Notes: a model not told the origin generated them from the letters alone. A DNA stretch of 63,240 bases from a virus (IMGVR_UViG_3300044580_000304:1-63240); one strand, 5' to 3'. Counted from the stretch's first letter, positions 17,927 through 28,130 are shown. Numbers and translations are program-made.

Positions 17927-18519
17927 GCAATCACCGCATGCATATAAGCGTTCTGGAGCTTTTTGGAATATTGCTCCACAGCCCCTGCGCCATTATAACG
18001 TCGCGCCATAGTTTCGAAATCATGCTGCAAGAGTGCATTATGCAGCGCTGAATCCGACATAATAAAATGACAAAACGCATCCAGATGATCGGCTTCAGCG
18101 TGATTTTTTACGCTATACATCTGATTGATAAAATCCTGCAAAGAAGGAGCTCCGACCCGCTTCCAGTTTGCGCCCATGATCTGAAACTTTCCCCAAGATG
18201 CTGACTGCAAGCCAGCCTCCCTATTTAACGAGCACGCCTCGTCTAATCTATCGTATTCCTTCTTGCCAAACACATAGAGCGATGGATTATAGTTTCTACT
18301 TGATATTTGGGGATGCGTCATATCATAAACATGATTTGTAAGTCTCGAAAAATAATGCGCCTCGAACAGGATGGCGGGCCGCCAATCATCTGCCCCAAAT
18401 TGCCAGAATCCATAACTACCCGATTCGACTATTGCGAATGCCTTAATGATGGCAACGTCACATCCAAGCATCGCTGCGGCGGTAGTAAAATCATTATCTG
18501 ATAATGGCCTAGGTTTCAT
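17923..18519 (-). CDS. Endolysin, N-acetylmuramidase (DUF3380-type)
   Basis: VESG, ILFEAHYF, SASWGKFQIMGAN, ARRYNG. Confidence 0.92.
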   Translation of the reverse strand: MKPRPLSDNDFTTAAAMLGCDVAIIKAFAIVESGSYGFWQFGADDWRPAILFEAHYFSRLTNHVYDMTHPQISSRNYNPSLYVFGKKEYDRLDEACSLNREAGLQSASWGKFQIMGANWKRVGAPSLQDFINQMYSVKNHAEADHLDAFCHFIMSDSALHNALLQHDFETMARRYNGAGAVEQYSKKLQNAYMHAVIA

Positions 18520-18528
18520 GGCATTGTC

Positions 18529-18915
18529 CTACTTGGCTCCAGTGTCAAGTAGTTGCCCAATGATAAGCCCTATGCCCCCAGATATGAGGGCGGTAATCAC
18601 CGAATATTTTATGATCTCCCATGTCTTCAACGGTTTTCCTTTCAAAATTTCAACATCATCGGAAACAGGCTTTATAATATCTTTTATGTCTTTCATTGCC
18701 TTTTCGTTGTTCTTCGACATGTTTTCCATGGACGTTGTAAGTAGCTGTTTAATTTCTCCAAGCCGCTGAAAAATCTGTTTCTGCTTTTCGTCTTGTCGGG
18801 CGAATGATTCTTCTAGTGATTTTATTCGCCTTTCGTGATCCTTCTGCGTTTCCTTGATTTCGCTGAATCGTAGTTCATAGTCTGGTTTTATAAGATTTTC
18901 AGTATCGGTTGTCAT
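18529..18915 (-). CDS. XhlA-like/holin-associated coiled-coil protein with C-terminal TM
   Basis: HERRIKSLE coiled coil plus C-terminal TM; first gene of the lysis cassette. Confidence 0.6.
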   Translation of the reverse strand: MTTDTENLIKPDYELRFSEIKETQKDHERRIKSLEESFARQDEKQKQIFQRLGEIKQLLTTSMENMSKNNEKAMKDIKDIIKPVSDDVEILKGKPLKTWEIIKYSVITALISGGIGLIIGQLLDTGAK

Positions 18916-18930
18916 GCACTCCTCCCGAAA

Positions 18931-19025
18931 GCAAAAGGGCTGGTTATCCCTGTTACGGAATAATCAGCCCTTGTCTCCACTTGGCGATCAATAGGAATTT
19001 TACCATAGCCACACCCCGCCGTCAA
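18931..19025 (-). promoter_or_regulatory. Lysis-operon promoter, 19-nt box and terminator hairpin
   Basis: TTGACG(19025-19020)-17-TAAAAT(19002-18997); box 18985-18967; long stem followed by U-tract. Confidence 0.7.
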
Positions 19026-20058
19026 CATTCGATGCTTGAAACACAATGGAGTTTAAGATTCCAATAGTTGTTGTGCGGCACCGGCAATGCTTCGTGTATC
19101 CTAAAAACGAGAGAATGCTTTGTTTTGCTTTTTCCAGTATTCTAGGATTTGATCGATATAGTTCGGCATACCTTTTCAGCCTCCTGCGGGTTCTTTGTAT
19201 GGTTGCCTTTTTAGGCTTGATGTGAGTGGGCCAAATACGATAGCCACAAAAATCAATACCTTGTTTCCAGAGGAATATTCTTGACTTTGGATTCAATTCC
19301 AAATCAAGATACGCATTGAGATATCCTTCTATCAAAATCCACAATCGTCTTAAATGCTGCTTTGATGGATGCAGAATGATCATATCATCCATATACCGTA
19401 CATAATACCTTGCACCACAAATATCTTTTATAAAATGATCCAGTGCATTCAGATAAATATTGGCCGATAATTGACTTGTGAGTGCCCCGATCGGCAAGCC
19501 GCGGCCATCGGTCTCAAAGCTATCGATAACGACCCTATAAAGTGCGTTGACCATTTTATCAGAAATAGCTCTCGCAAATTCCTTCTTGAGAATTGCGTGG
19601 TTAATGGAAGGGAAAAATCTATGTACATCCAATTTAAGTACGTAAAATTCTCCATAATTTCGATGCGCAATCCGCGCAAAATGTTGTATTCTTGCGACGG
19701 CTGCATGCGTGCCCAATCCTTTTCTGCATGCAAAAGAATCCGAAATGAATTTCTTTTCAAAGATAGGCTCTATCACCTGCACGAGTGCATGATGCACCAC
19801 CCTATCCCGAAAAGCAGGCGCTGATATAAGACGCCTTTTCGGATCACTCACCCAGAATTGTCTGTAAGGAAGAGGTGTATACATATTCCATATTAACTCG
19901 TTTTGGAGTTCGATAAGATTCTCTTCGAGGTTCTCTTTGAATCTCAGCGCTTCGATTCTATATCTTTTCCCTCGCTTGGCTTTTACGTAGGCATTGTAGA
20001 GATTCTCATAATCGACAACGGACGTAAAAAGGTTATTATATGCTTTCATCTTGTCCAT
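19000..20058 (-). CDS. DGR reverse transcriptase
   Basis: PKRRLI.AP.FRDRVVH, GLPIGALTSQ, YVRYMDD, IDFCGY; no intron maturase/endonuclease tail; TR and avd upstream. Confidence 0.97.
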   Translation of the reverse strand: MDKMKAYNNLFTSVVDYENLYNAYVKAKRGKRYRIEALRFKENLEENLIELQNELIWNMYTPLPYRQFWVSDPKRRLISAPAFRDRVVHHALVQVIEPIFEKKFISDSFACRKGLGTHAAVARIQHFARIAHRNYGEFYVLKLDVHRFFPSINHAILKKEFARAISDKMVNALYRVVIDSFETDGRGLPIGALTSQLSANIYLNALDHFIKDICGARYYVRYMDDMIILHPSKQHLRRLWILIEGYLNAYLDLELNPKSRIFLWKQGIDFCGYRIWPTHIKPKKATIQRTRRRLKRYAELYRSNPRILEKAKQSILSFLGYTKHCRCRTTTIGILNSIVFQASNVDGGVWLW

Positions 20059-20207
20059 TATAAAGTAGCGCGAACCACAGTCGGGGATCGCCCCTACCAG
20101 CCGCCCGCGCCTTTTAATGTTTTCCTATAAAAGGAAGGAACAGGACTCCTTTTTCTCTATGCTCTGCCCATGTGCCCGTAAGCGCATGGTTTCTGACATT
20201 GAGAGAG

Positions 20208-20322
20208 AGCAGGGCGAAACCCGATGTTGTTGTTCGAGTTGACGCGGCGATTATTCAGATTCAAGTACGCCAATCCAGCATTCGCGCCATTGTTCCAGTT
20301 GCCGCCCCGAAGGGGAACCCGC
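20208..20322 (-). repeat. DGR template repeat (TR), 115 bp
   Basis: Ungapped match to VR 20760-20874; rich in AAC/AAT codons. Confidence 0.95.
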
Positions 20323-20342
20323 CACATTTTTCAGCCCTGTCC

Positions 20343-20687
20343 CTAAACACCAGGCGAATGTAACCATCCACCCAGCATCTTTCCTATTTCCACCATCTGC
20401 CCTGAGAGGACCCCGTATTTTTTCATGTCCATAAATTTAAGAAGCATCCCCATTCGCACGAGAATCTTAAGCCGCGAAAGCTCCATATCAGCGGCCTCGA
20501 TCATGCGCCGACGCTCTTGCGTGGCGCGTATCATGTTCGCACGCGTGATATAGGTGCCAATGTTCCAGAGCGCATTCGTTGTATCCGCTACTAAAGTATG
20601 CCGCTCAGATTTGGGATACTGTTTCATTGCAATATATAAATAGAGTGCCATATCCTCCCACTTCTGAACAACCTTCATTGGCTCCAC
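20343..20687 (-). CDS. avd: DGR accessory variability determinant
   Basis: YPKSERHTL...EIGKMLGGW four-helix bundle lying between VR and TR. Confidence 0.93.
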   Translation of the reverse strand: MEPMKVVQKWEDMALYLYIAMKQYPKSERHTLVADTTNALWNIGTYITRANMIRATQERRRMIEAADMELSRLKILVRMGMLLKFMDMKKYGVLSGQMVEIGKMLGGWLHSPGV

Positions 20688-20747
20688 AGCTTTACTCCTT
20701 AAGTTTAGGCATGAAAACCATCAGAATCCAGATTCTCAGAAAACAGA

Positions 20748-21881
20748 TTACAACACAAAAGCAGGGCGAAACCCGATGCTGGTGGCCGAGATGACGCGGC
20801 GATTATCCAGATTCATGTACGCCAATCCAGCATTCGCGCCAGAGTTCCAGAGGCCGCCCCGAAGGGGAACCCGCTCTCCATAGTTGCGCACTGAAACATA
20901 ACCCTTTGCTTCATAGCCCTGCGTAGCGAATACCAAGGAGCCGTCCTTACTCACCTTCGGCGCGATCATGAGCGCAGCGAGCTTCTGCCTTAGTGCAAGC
21001 TCCATTGAGTCATAGGTCGCCACATACGTCATGCTTCTCCAACCATTCTCTCCGCTAATTGTGGCATAGTCAAAATCTCCCGTGTCGCCGCCACCAGCAG
21101 GAGTAGGTGTTTCAGTATATTTTGTAGGAGTAACATTCGATAATACTGGATCACCACTATCTGCGGCGCCGTTTCTGTCTCCAGGGCCTACGGTCGCATC
21201 AAAATAAGCCTCTCTGGCTGGCCACGACGATTCAGCTAGGTTGAAGTTGTTATCGTCGGGGAAATACATCCTTCCATCGATGATCTTAAAGCCATCGTTC
21301 CATTCGGAAATATTCCCGACCAGATCGGCAATCCCTGCATAGGTATTGTCGTGCCGCCACGAATTTGGGCCCGATCCCGTCAAGGTGCTTGGAGTACCAG
21401 TTGAATCCCCAGGAGTCCCACCATCCACACGCACACCAGTTTCATAGGTTAATGCATGCGAGCGGCCATAGTTTGTATTCCCTCTTGGCTGGAAGCCGTT
21501 CTTAAGGCACCACAGTGCAATTGCCGCCCATTCCCACGCGGTCATCATGTGCCATCCAGCGCCCTTGCTTGTGCAGGCCGATCTTGCAGCATCAAAAGTA
21601 ATGCCTGTCTTCGGGTCTTGTCCTGGTAGCGAGTATGCGCGGCCATCGATAACAACTGCCTGATAAGCTCCAATCCAGATCTCTGGTTTTGTTACACCAC
21701 CCACAATAAATGCGGGGTGCGGCCCAGTGCCGAGTTCTGCGCTGATATCTTCCAAATTGAACTTTGGAATCCTCACCATGTAACTGGGATTGCCCAGGTC
21801 ATCGTACATGATCTTCACTTTACCGCCTGATGCTGCAAAGATCGCAGCACTCATGGCATCCTTCGTAAAAGTTGCTGGCAT
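20748..21881 (-). CDS. DGR target protein, Mtd-like C-type-lectin/FGE-fold receptor-binding protein
   Basis: WHMMTAWEW, GIADLVGNISEW, RGGxW...IGFRPAF C-terminus containing the VR. Confidence 0.92.
   Translation of the reverse strand: MPATFTKDAMSAAIFAASGGKVKIMYDDLGNPSYMVRIPKFNLEDISAELGTGPHPAFIVGGVTKPEIWIGAYQAVVIDGRAYSLPGQDPKTGITFDAARSACTSKGAGWHMMTAWEWAAIALWCLKNGFQPRGNTNYGRSHALTYETGVRVDGGTPGDSTGTPSTLTGSGPNSWRHDNTYAGIADLVGNISEWNDGFKIIDGRMYFPDDNNFNLAESSWPAREAYFDATVGPGDRNGAADSGDPVLSNVTPTKYTETPTPAGGGDTGDFDYATISGENGWRSMTYVATYDSMELALRQKLAALMIAPKVSKDGSLVFATQGYEAKGYVSVRNYGERVPLRGGLWNSGANAGLAYMNLDNRRVISATSIGFRPAFVL
20760..20874 (-). repeat. DGR variable repeat (VR)
   Basis: 11 mismatches to TR, 10 of them at TR adenines. 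Confidence 0.95.
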
Positions 21882-21884
21882 TAT

Positions 21885-22232
21885 TTATACCTCCAATTCG
21901 TTATTATCCGCTATTGCGAGCGGCCAAAGCCTTAATAAAACCCTCTCAGGATCAAATGGCACTGCAACTTGTCGTGTTGCCATTTGTCCATTCTCATCTT
22001 CGTATTCCTCTATCGTGTACCTACGAGGGGGAATATCGACGTCTGCAATAAAGCCTCTGTTTCCATGTGGCCCTAGAACAGGTCCATCATCGCTCAGCGA
22101 TATGGTGATGATGTTTTCCGTATCCTCTTCGGCTTCAGGTAAATTTACACTGAGCCCTGCGATAGTCAAATCTCCAGACTCCTCATTAAATTCGTGGTTT
22201 GCCACAGGTTGGCCTAGTATTCGTACTCTCAT
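21885..22232 (-). CDS. Tail-fibre-associated hypothetical protein
   Basis: Position; IPPRRY...VPFD..V.LRLW. Confidence 0.55.
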   Translation of the reverse strand: MRVRILGQPVANHEFNEESGDLTIAGLSVNLPEAEEDTENIITISLSDDGPVLGPHGNRGFIADVDIPPRRYTIEEYEDENGQMATRQVAVPFDPERVLLRLWPLAIADNNELEV

Positions 22233-22243
22233 TTATCCCTCCG

Positions 22244-23167
22244 TTATACCTTTGGATTATAAATAGACCATCGTACTACTATTTGGTCTGCGATGCCGTT
22301 GTAAACGATATTAAACCCGTTTACATTTCTCGTACTGATGTAAAGGTCTCCACCTTGTAAGAGCCCTGCACCTTGGGTTGATACAACATCGAGGCTGATA
22401 AGATAGTTCGAGTCTAGAAACGCATATGGAAGCGCGACCGCGGCATAGGATGCACTTGCAAACCATGTCGGGAAATTCGGCTCTAGCCTGCGAATATCAG
22501 TCAGGGTAACGTTCGCAAGATAGGGATCATTTAAGTCGTTGTTGCCTGCGGGGACCGTGAGTTGATAGAGCACAAGTGCAGTATCAGGAGCGGCCTCGTT
22601 TAAGTTTGTACAAGCAAAGCTAATGGTGCTCGTTGGGGTAACATACAGATAAGCGTAGCAGACTGCGGCACTTTGCCCTGGATTCGATGGTACAGATGCA
22701 CCAGCGGACTCTGCTGTTACTGGGAATATTCTTCCCGCCATAAAAATGGATCCTGCGGTGATTGCAAGGTTTCTCGATGCGACCTCCGACTTCGAGACGG
22801 TACATCCGCTAATGACGCCTCTATTTTTGATAGTAACAAGGCCAGTCTGTTTGCGAATATTCTGAAGCTTTGCAAGTTCCTTGTTTGCAAGCCCTGCCTG
22901 TCCCGCTGCTTGCATTGCAAGCGCGATAATTGCGTTTGTCGTTGAGGCCTCAAGCGGTTCGAGTGTATCCATCCTATCCTTCAATGTAGGATACGTTCCG
23001 CGAGATGCAATAACATCATCGGTGATGCTCTTGAGATACTTTGTCCTCGATGCTAACTGTTTATGTGGCAGATTATCGATGCCATTCGGCCCGCCACCAA
23101 CAGGATCAGAGACCTCAATCTGATATACTCCAGTTTCCCAGTTTTCGGATTCAACTACATATGCCAT
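22244..23167 (-). CDS. Tail fibre protein
   Basis: W..GVYQIE..DPV.GG..GIDN...QLA.RT.YLK baseplate-attachment N-terminus. Confidence 0.75.
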   Translation of the reverse strand: MAYVVESENWETGVYQIEVSDPVGGGPNGIDNLPHKQLASRTKYLKSITDDVIASRGTYPTLKDRMDTLEPLEASTTNAIIALAMQAAGQAGLANKELAKLQNIRKQTGLVTIKNRGVISGCTVSKSEVASRNLAITAGSIFMAGRIFPVTAESAGASVPSNPGQSAAVCYAYLYVTPTSTISFACTNLNEAAPDTALVLYQLTVPAGNNDLNDPYLANVTLTDIRRLEPNFPTWFASASYAAVALPYAFLDSNYLISLDVVSTQGAGLLQGGDLYISTRNVNGFNIVYNGIADQIVVRWSIYNPKV

Positions 23168-23209
23168 TTTCCCTCCAGCGGGCTCCGTTTGGCGCCCTAA
23201 TTTTCAATA

Positions 23210-23554
23210 CTATAAAAGGATAGTGATAGTGCCATCATAGCTCGTGTCTGCATCCTTCTCTATCACATCTTTTACTTCCCGCGCGACAAGCGTTCCATCT
23301 TCAGTAAATAAGCCTATTTCGCGGATTGTTTTTCCATTTGCTTCGTTGTATCCCAGCGAGTAACTAAATTCGACCGAAGAATTATCAACAACGCGCGAGG
23401 AATTTAATCGCTTTATATAAGGATTTGTAAGGCTAGTATCATCAGGAGTTGGGATATTGCCCCCCTCTCCGAAACCAACTTTTGCTATCGCCTTGCCCGA
23501 AGATGGATTTATCAATAGCGTTGCTATTGTCGCTTTTAATGCTTTTGTTTGCAT
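23210..23554 (-). CDS. Tail-collar fibre (DUF3751-like) protein
   Basis: GFGEG...EANGKTIREIGLF..DGTL.A. Confidence 0.75.
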   Translation of the reverse strand: MQTKALKATIATLLINPSSGKAIAKVGFGEGGNIPTPDDTSLTNPYIKRLNSSRVVDNSSVEFSYSLGYNEANGKTIREIGLFTEDGTLVAREVKDVIEKDADTSYDGTITILL

Positions 23555-23563
23555 ACCGCCTCC

Positions 23564-25117
23564 TTATATATAGTAACTCATCAATTGCCTCGACGAGACA
23601 TCGTAAAGCCCATCGTGCAGAATCGCTCCATCATGATACTTTGTAGCGTCGTAAACCGCCTGTGCCGCGCTAATTACTGTCACGTATTTATTGAGCTTTA
23701 CACGATCTATACCTATCGTCACGCCATAATTTTTGCCTGAATGATTAAAGCTGCCGTTGTATTGTACCTTTTCATTATGGCAAATGTCCTGGCAAATCAA
23801 TTCTCTATATTTCCTTAAATAATCGTGTATCCATCCATAGTGACCTTCATAATAGACCTCTGTTATTGTGTATTTGCCATCATGCAAAATCGATGCGTTA
23901 TGTAGCTTACTGTTGTTATAAAGCGTTTGCATTTCAGACACTATGGTTATGTATCTATCGCGAGAATCAGGTATGCCATAAGTGCGGCTATTATTAAATG
24001 TCCACGTGCCATCGTGCTTAAGAGGATTTGTTGCATCGATAGTGTCAGAGACTCGAATAGTAACCTTGTCCCATGGAAGGTTAAGCCGCTCCGAAAGTAA
24101 GAAAGTTTCTCCTTTTACCCCAGCGGCTTTTGTATTCTCCATGATATCTTCGAGCCCTTCAAGGATGTAATAATGATAAAACCCATTGTGGCTCAAGGTA
24201 TTATCGTGCTTTACCTTCCCGTCATAAAAAACCTCAGGATCTGTGACAAGTAGTGCCCGAACGTTGGGGTATTCCACTGGCCCAAAGGCAACTGCATCTA
24301 GCAAGAAGCCCGCGCTTGAAATACTCGAAAAACTCAGCGCTATTGTGCCAGTTTCGACTGGCATGAATAGTTGCTCGAGCGTGTATGCTCCAGGCGTGGG
24401 ATCATCGACTAAATATTGCGTTGTCTTTTTAGACGTTTGCCAAAGCTTCGTCCCTGGATTCCAGTATTTTCCATTCGATACATTTTGAATTGTGACTTCG
24501 AGCGCTCCAAGCCCTTTTTTAGTGCTCGAAACGAAAAACACCAAAGAGTACCATCCTGCTTGACAAGAGATATTTTGTTTGATGGTCCCCTTATCCTGTG
24601 CTGTTGTGGGAATTATTTGCAGTGCCGAAGCGTTCTCGAAGCTTTTTGAATAGATGATCTTCGCTTCAGCATTACCCGACATTGTCCAGCCATCAAGCGT
24701 ATCAAAGCTTCCGTTTACGACAAGATTCGTAGTGGGGTGAGCTTCAATAATAAAGATATTCTTTTCATCGAAGAAGTAGGAGTAACTTTTTCTAAGTGCT
24801 TCAGAAGTAGTCCAATTGTCATACCCATGTCGCTCAATAAGAGACTTGTAGCGCAGCCTGAAATAGTCGTCAGGTTCGGAATAGAACCTGGTCAATCCAG
24901 AAAAGAGTTCGACAATCTTGTCGAGAAGTATATCTGAGGCATCATCAACATCGGTTGTTCGGCTATAATATTCACGAAATGCGCCAAGTTCACCAAGTTC
25001 CGATGCAATGGCCCCGCCCGATTCTCCATCAGATATAAGAAGCTTATAGCCTTCAGATTCGGTATCGAAAATCGCAGGCATGAGGCTGTCAAGTTTTTTT
25101 TGTATGCTCTCACTCAT
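23564..25117 (-). CDS. Baseplate wedge (gpI-like) protein with CBM-like insert and HDG repeats
   Basis: Follows baseplate J; E.DD.FR.R motif; NLVVNGSFD. Confidence 0.6.
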   Translation of the reverse strand: MSESIQKKLDSLMPAIFDTESEGYKLLISDGESGGAIASELGELGAFREYYSRTTDVDDASDILLDKIVELFSGLTRFYSEPDDYFRLRYKSLIERHGYDNWTTSEALRKSYSYFFDEKNIFIIEAHPTTNLVVNGSFDTLDGWTMSGNAEAKIIYSKSFENASALQIIPTTAQDKGTIKQNISCQAGWYSLVFFVSSTKKGLGALEVTIQNVSNGKYWNPGTKLWQTSKKTTQYLVDDPTPGAYTLEQLFMPVETGTIALSFSSISSAGFLLDAVAFGPVEYPNVRALLVTDPEVFYDGKVKHDNTLSHNGFYHYYILEGLEDIMENTKAAGVKGETFLLSERLNLPWDKVTIRVSDTIDATNPLKHDGTWTFNNSRTYGIPDSRDRYITIVSEMQTLYNNSKLHNASILHDGKYTITEVYYEGHYGWIHDYLRKYRELICQDICHNEKVQYNGSFNHSGKNYGVTIGIDRVKLNKYVTVISAAQAVYDATKYHDGAILHDGLYDVSSRQLMSYYI

Positions 25118-26178
25118 ACAAACTCCACATCGATGCTACTTATACGCGCAATCATAGTAGCATCGAAAACATCAGGCATTCCTGCTACCTCTACGCCATC
25201 CATCGATACTATGCCATACTGCCCTTTTACAAGGTTCTCGAATATATTTTGCGAAGGGGCTTCTCCAATACCAAGGCTCAATACATAGCCCGTGATTTTA
25301 TTTTTTATTTCGTCTTCTATGTATTGCTGAGGAATACTCCAGTCAATATGCGCAAAAACCGTTACTGTCAACATCACAATGGTTGGCGCCAATATCCTGG
25401 ACCGCAATCCAGCAGCCCTTATCCCTGTATGTGTAGCGTCCCCGTCGAGCAATGTCTGAATTGAATTTAACAATTCCTGTGGAAGCGTTCCTGTACCATC
25501 TTCGGCATACACTGTAAAGTTATAGCCAGACACTGGCGGGAAATGTTCAACGACAGAGCATGACTTTATGCCGTTTATGCCAAGCACCGCAGCCTTTATC
25601 CCGCGGACACTAGATTGGCCCAATCCAAGAATAAACTGCCTAAATCTATTGCTGTACTCGTCATCGGTTTCCTCGTCGACTCCTCCTGCACAAGCAGACT
25701 CATTCGTAACTGCGGTAATCCCAGGAATAATTGAAGTCATAACGCTGACCGTGTTCGCCGCAACATTGCCAATCGTTCCAATACTTTTGCATTGTATGAT
25801 GACTGGCTCGCTCGTAAGTTCTCCTGCGCTAAGCACTACATCGTTCATTGTCACGAAACCGACACCATCTGTAGTTGCTATCTCTGTGCCAGCGGGAATG
25901 TCTATATTGTTGCCAAAAGCTGAATTCCTTGTAAATATAACACTGCCTGTTGCGGCTAACCCAGCCTTTTTTTGAAAATCGAATTGTGCAAATGCGATCT
26001 TCTTTTGATAAGTATCGACATTCGCAAGAATTGCTACATATTCTGCGGAGATTTCGCGGGCAACAGCCTCAAAGATGGAGGCAATAACGGAACCTTCATT
26101 GAGATCAGTGACTTTGTTTTGGTTGGTGACAAAATAATTTTTCATTGTGTCGAAAATTTCGTCATAGGTCTTTATCAT
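25114..26178 (-). CDS. Baseplate J/gp47 protein
   Basis: GSV...EA, G..GNV.ANT, VTN..A..GGVDEETD. Confidence 0.92.
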   Translation of the reverse strand: MIKTYDEIFDTMKNYFVTNQNKVTDLNEGSVIASIFEAVAREISAEYVAILANVDTYQKKIAFAQFDFQKKAGLAATGSVIFTRNSAFGNNIDIPAGTEIATTDGVGFVTMNDVVLSAGELTSEPVIIQCKSIGTIGNVAANTVSVMTSIIPGITAVTNESACAGGVDEETDDEYSNRFRQFILGLGQSSVRGIKAAVLGINGIKSCSVVEHFPPVSGYNFTVYAEDGTGTLPQELLNSIQTLLDGDATHTGIRAAGLRSRILAPTIVMLTVTVFAHIDWSIPQQYIEDEIKNKITGYVLSLGIGEAPSQNIFENLVKGQYGIVSMDGVEVAGMPDVFDATMIARISSIDVEFV

Positions 26179-28130
26179 GCTGTCCCCCGATAAGTTCCAT
26201 GCTGGCCGTCAATAAGCAAATAATCAAACTCAACATAAATTCGGTCCCCAACACCGCGAAACACAAAATTCTCAACCCTTGAAACCCGTGGATCGTGGAT
26301 AACGGTATCTTTTATTGATGTTGCAACATAAGCCGAAGCTGAAGAGAGCGGCTTGCCTATGTTTGCCTTAATTCCATAAACAGTGAGTCTTATTCTATTT
26401 CCTACAGCTTCCGCGAGCCGCATCTGAAGTGCTTGGTTGATATTTGTCTCTCCAGAGACTGTCGACAATTCACCAGATGCATCGACTATTAACTTGCCTG
26501 ATTCCGATAGTGCTATATCTACCCCATAATTATCGGTGCGAGAATAGACCTCATTATTGTAAACAATATTGTTTTGTGTTGATAAAGGAATCCTCAAAAT
26601 ATCTCCAGGTTCTATTTCTGTCTCTTCGGAAATACCATTCGCGAGAGCAATAAATACGGCATCATCTGGATCGCCGAGATATTTCGCCGCAAGTGCATCG
26701 AGCGATGTTTCCCCGCTAGAGGCGACATACATATACCCATAAGCCAATGTTACGCGAATATTGGTATTGTCTTTGGAAGGCACTATATAAATATCTGGAG
26801 AGGTTTGTGTATTTTTGCTAGAGGCCGCAACAGCAGCTATATTATTTTCAGCTTTATAAGTACAGGCCTCGACCTCGCTTTTGAATTGTTCGACAACATT
26901 ATTATATCTATTTTTAACATACTCAGGAACAGCACCTGTCTCTATGTCATGAGAAATCGACTGTACTCCTTTTCGTACTTTTTTGAACTCAGACATTACG
27001 GAACAGGCGATGTCTGCGGGAGCAGTTATAATCCCCACCCCGAGGTCTTGCACATCTTTGACTAATCCAATGGCCTGCAATGGAATCGAAAAAAGAGTAT
27101 TATTGATTATTGCTGAGGTTAAGTTCTTATAGGTTTGAACCTGCGACTTTAGTTTTGATATCTGTTTTCGTACATTCCTTACTGGGCTAGCAATCTGCGC
27201 GCTCCATTTGTATGTGTTTTCCAGCCAAAGATTGGCTTTTTGCAGAACGGTCATCTGCTTCTCTCGCGAATTTGCCACCTTGTCTAGGCTCGGCTTTAGT
27301 TTTTCCCCTTTATGATCTCGTTCATACTTTGCTAAGACACGCGGAGAAAGCTTGTTGTCAACCAATGCAACCTTAAGACGCTCCTCTACAGGTTGTCCGA
27401 CGCAATAATCCGAAGGTAGATACTCATCGGCCATTTGGTGCATATCTGATAGCTCTTGTGCCGACACATCGCCGCTCTGTATCATCATCAGCTCTTCTGG
27501 ACTTTCAAGCGGAGCAATAGCGGCGTCGGCATCATCGAGTAATTGAATCGGGTTTTCGCTCGCAGGAGATATTTCACGTGCTGCTATTGATTCTTTTTCT
27601 CTTCCGAGTACACGAAGGCCAGTGAATTCAATGGAATATGTATACCAAAACGGCCTGTCCTTAGACTGCGTTATCCTAAAATCTTTAAGGATAACCTCCC
27701 ATGAATCAGTTGCGGCGCTATAATTTCCATTTGTTAGTTCCTCTTCGGATATTGTTGAGAGGTTATAGAGATAGAGTTTTGTATCGCCATAGTTTGGATT
27801 GTTCTCTTTATATCGAATGATATGGTCCCTTATGTAGTAAATCTCGTCTTTTCCCGATAACCACAAGTCCCCACGAGCCCCTCGATATATCCTTCTTACT
27901 TCAGAGTTCCCTGTATTGCCAGATAGAGCAATTTTTGCGACATCAAAACCATAGTCATCAACAAAAAGCCCCCCGAAGGTTTTTGTTTCGGAGATTCTCT
28001 GAGGATAGACAATTTCAATATTTTCAGGTGGCAATGAAAAGGTAAATATCTCCGATGGTTCAGCACTAGGGGTGACAATTTCGAGGAGGAATGATTTTTT
28101 CCAAATCTCTGGATAGGCAAATTTGCTCAT
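26175..28130 (-). CDS. Fused baseplate protein (tube-initiator-like, LysM-like and gp25/gpW-like)
   Basis: ETSLDALAAKYLGD...IALANG...PGDILRIP; C-terminal NINQAL.MRL...DPRVSRV. Confidence 0.7.
   Translation of the reverse strand: MSKFAYPEIWKKSFLLEIVTPSAEPSEIFTFSLPPENIEIVYPQRISETKTFGGLFVDDYGFDVAKIALSGNTGNSEVRRIYRGARGDLWLSGKDEIYYIRDHIIRYKENNPNYGDTKLYLYNLSTISEEELTNGNYSAATDSWEVILKDFRITQSKDRPFWYTYSIEFTGLRVLGREKESIAAREISPASENPIQLLDDADAAIAPLESPEELMMIQSGDVSAQELSDMHQMADEYLPSDYCVGQPVEERLKVALVDNKLSPRVLAKYERDHKGEKLKPSLDKVANSREKQMTVLQKANLWLENTYKWSAQIASPVRNVRKQISKLKSQVQTYKNLTSAIINNTLFSIPLQAIGLVKDVQDLGVGIITAPADIACSVMSEFKKVRKGVQSISHDIETGAVPEYVKNRYNNVVEQFKSEVEACTYKAENNIAAVAASSKNTQTSPDIYIVPSKDNTNIRVTLAYGYMYVASSGETSLDALAAKYLGDPDDAVFIALANGISEETEIEPGDILRIPLSTQNNIVYNNEVYSRTDNYGVDIALSESGKLIVDASGELSTVSGETNINQALQMRLAEAVGNRIRLTVYGIKANIGKPLSSASAYVATSIKDTVIHDPRVSRVENFVFRGVGDRIYVEFDYLLIDGQHGTYRGTA

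Noticed and set aside
19000-20058. Group II intron or retron RT
   Set aside because: A TR/VR pair with adenine-specific mismatches and avd identify it as a DGR
21885-25117. Second DGR target
   Set aside because: No other GFR-ending VR-like C-terminus was seen by eye; a BLASTN with TR is needed to exclude it fully
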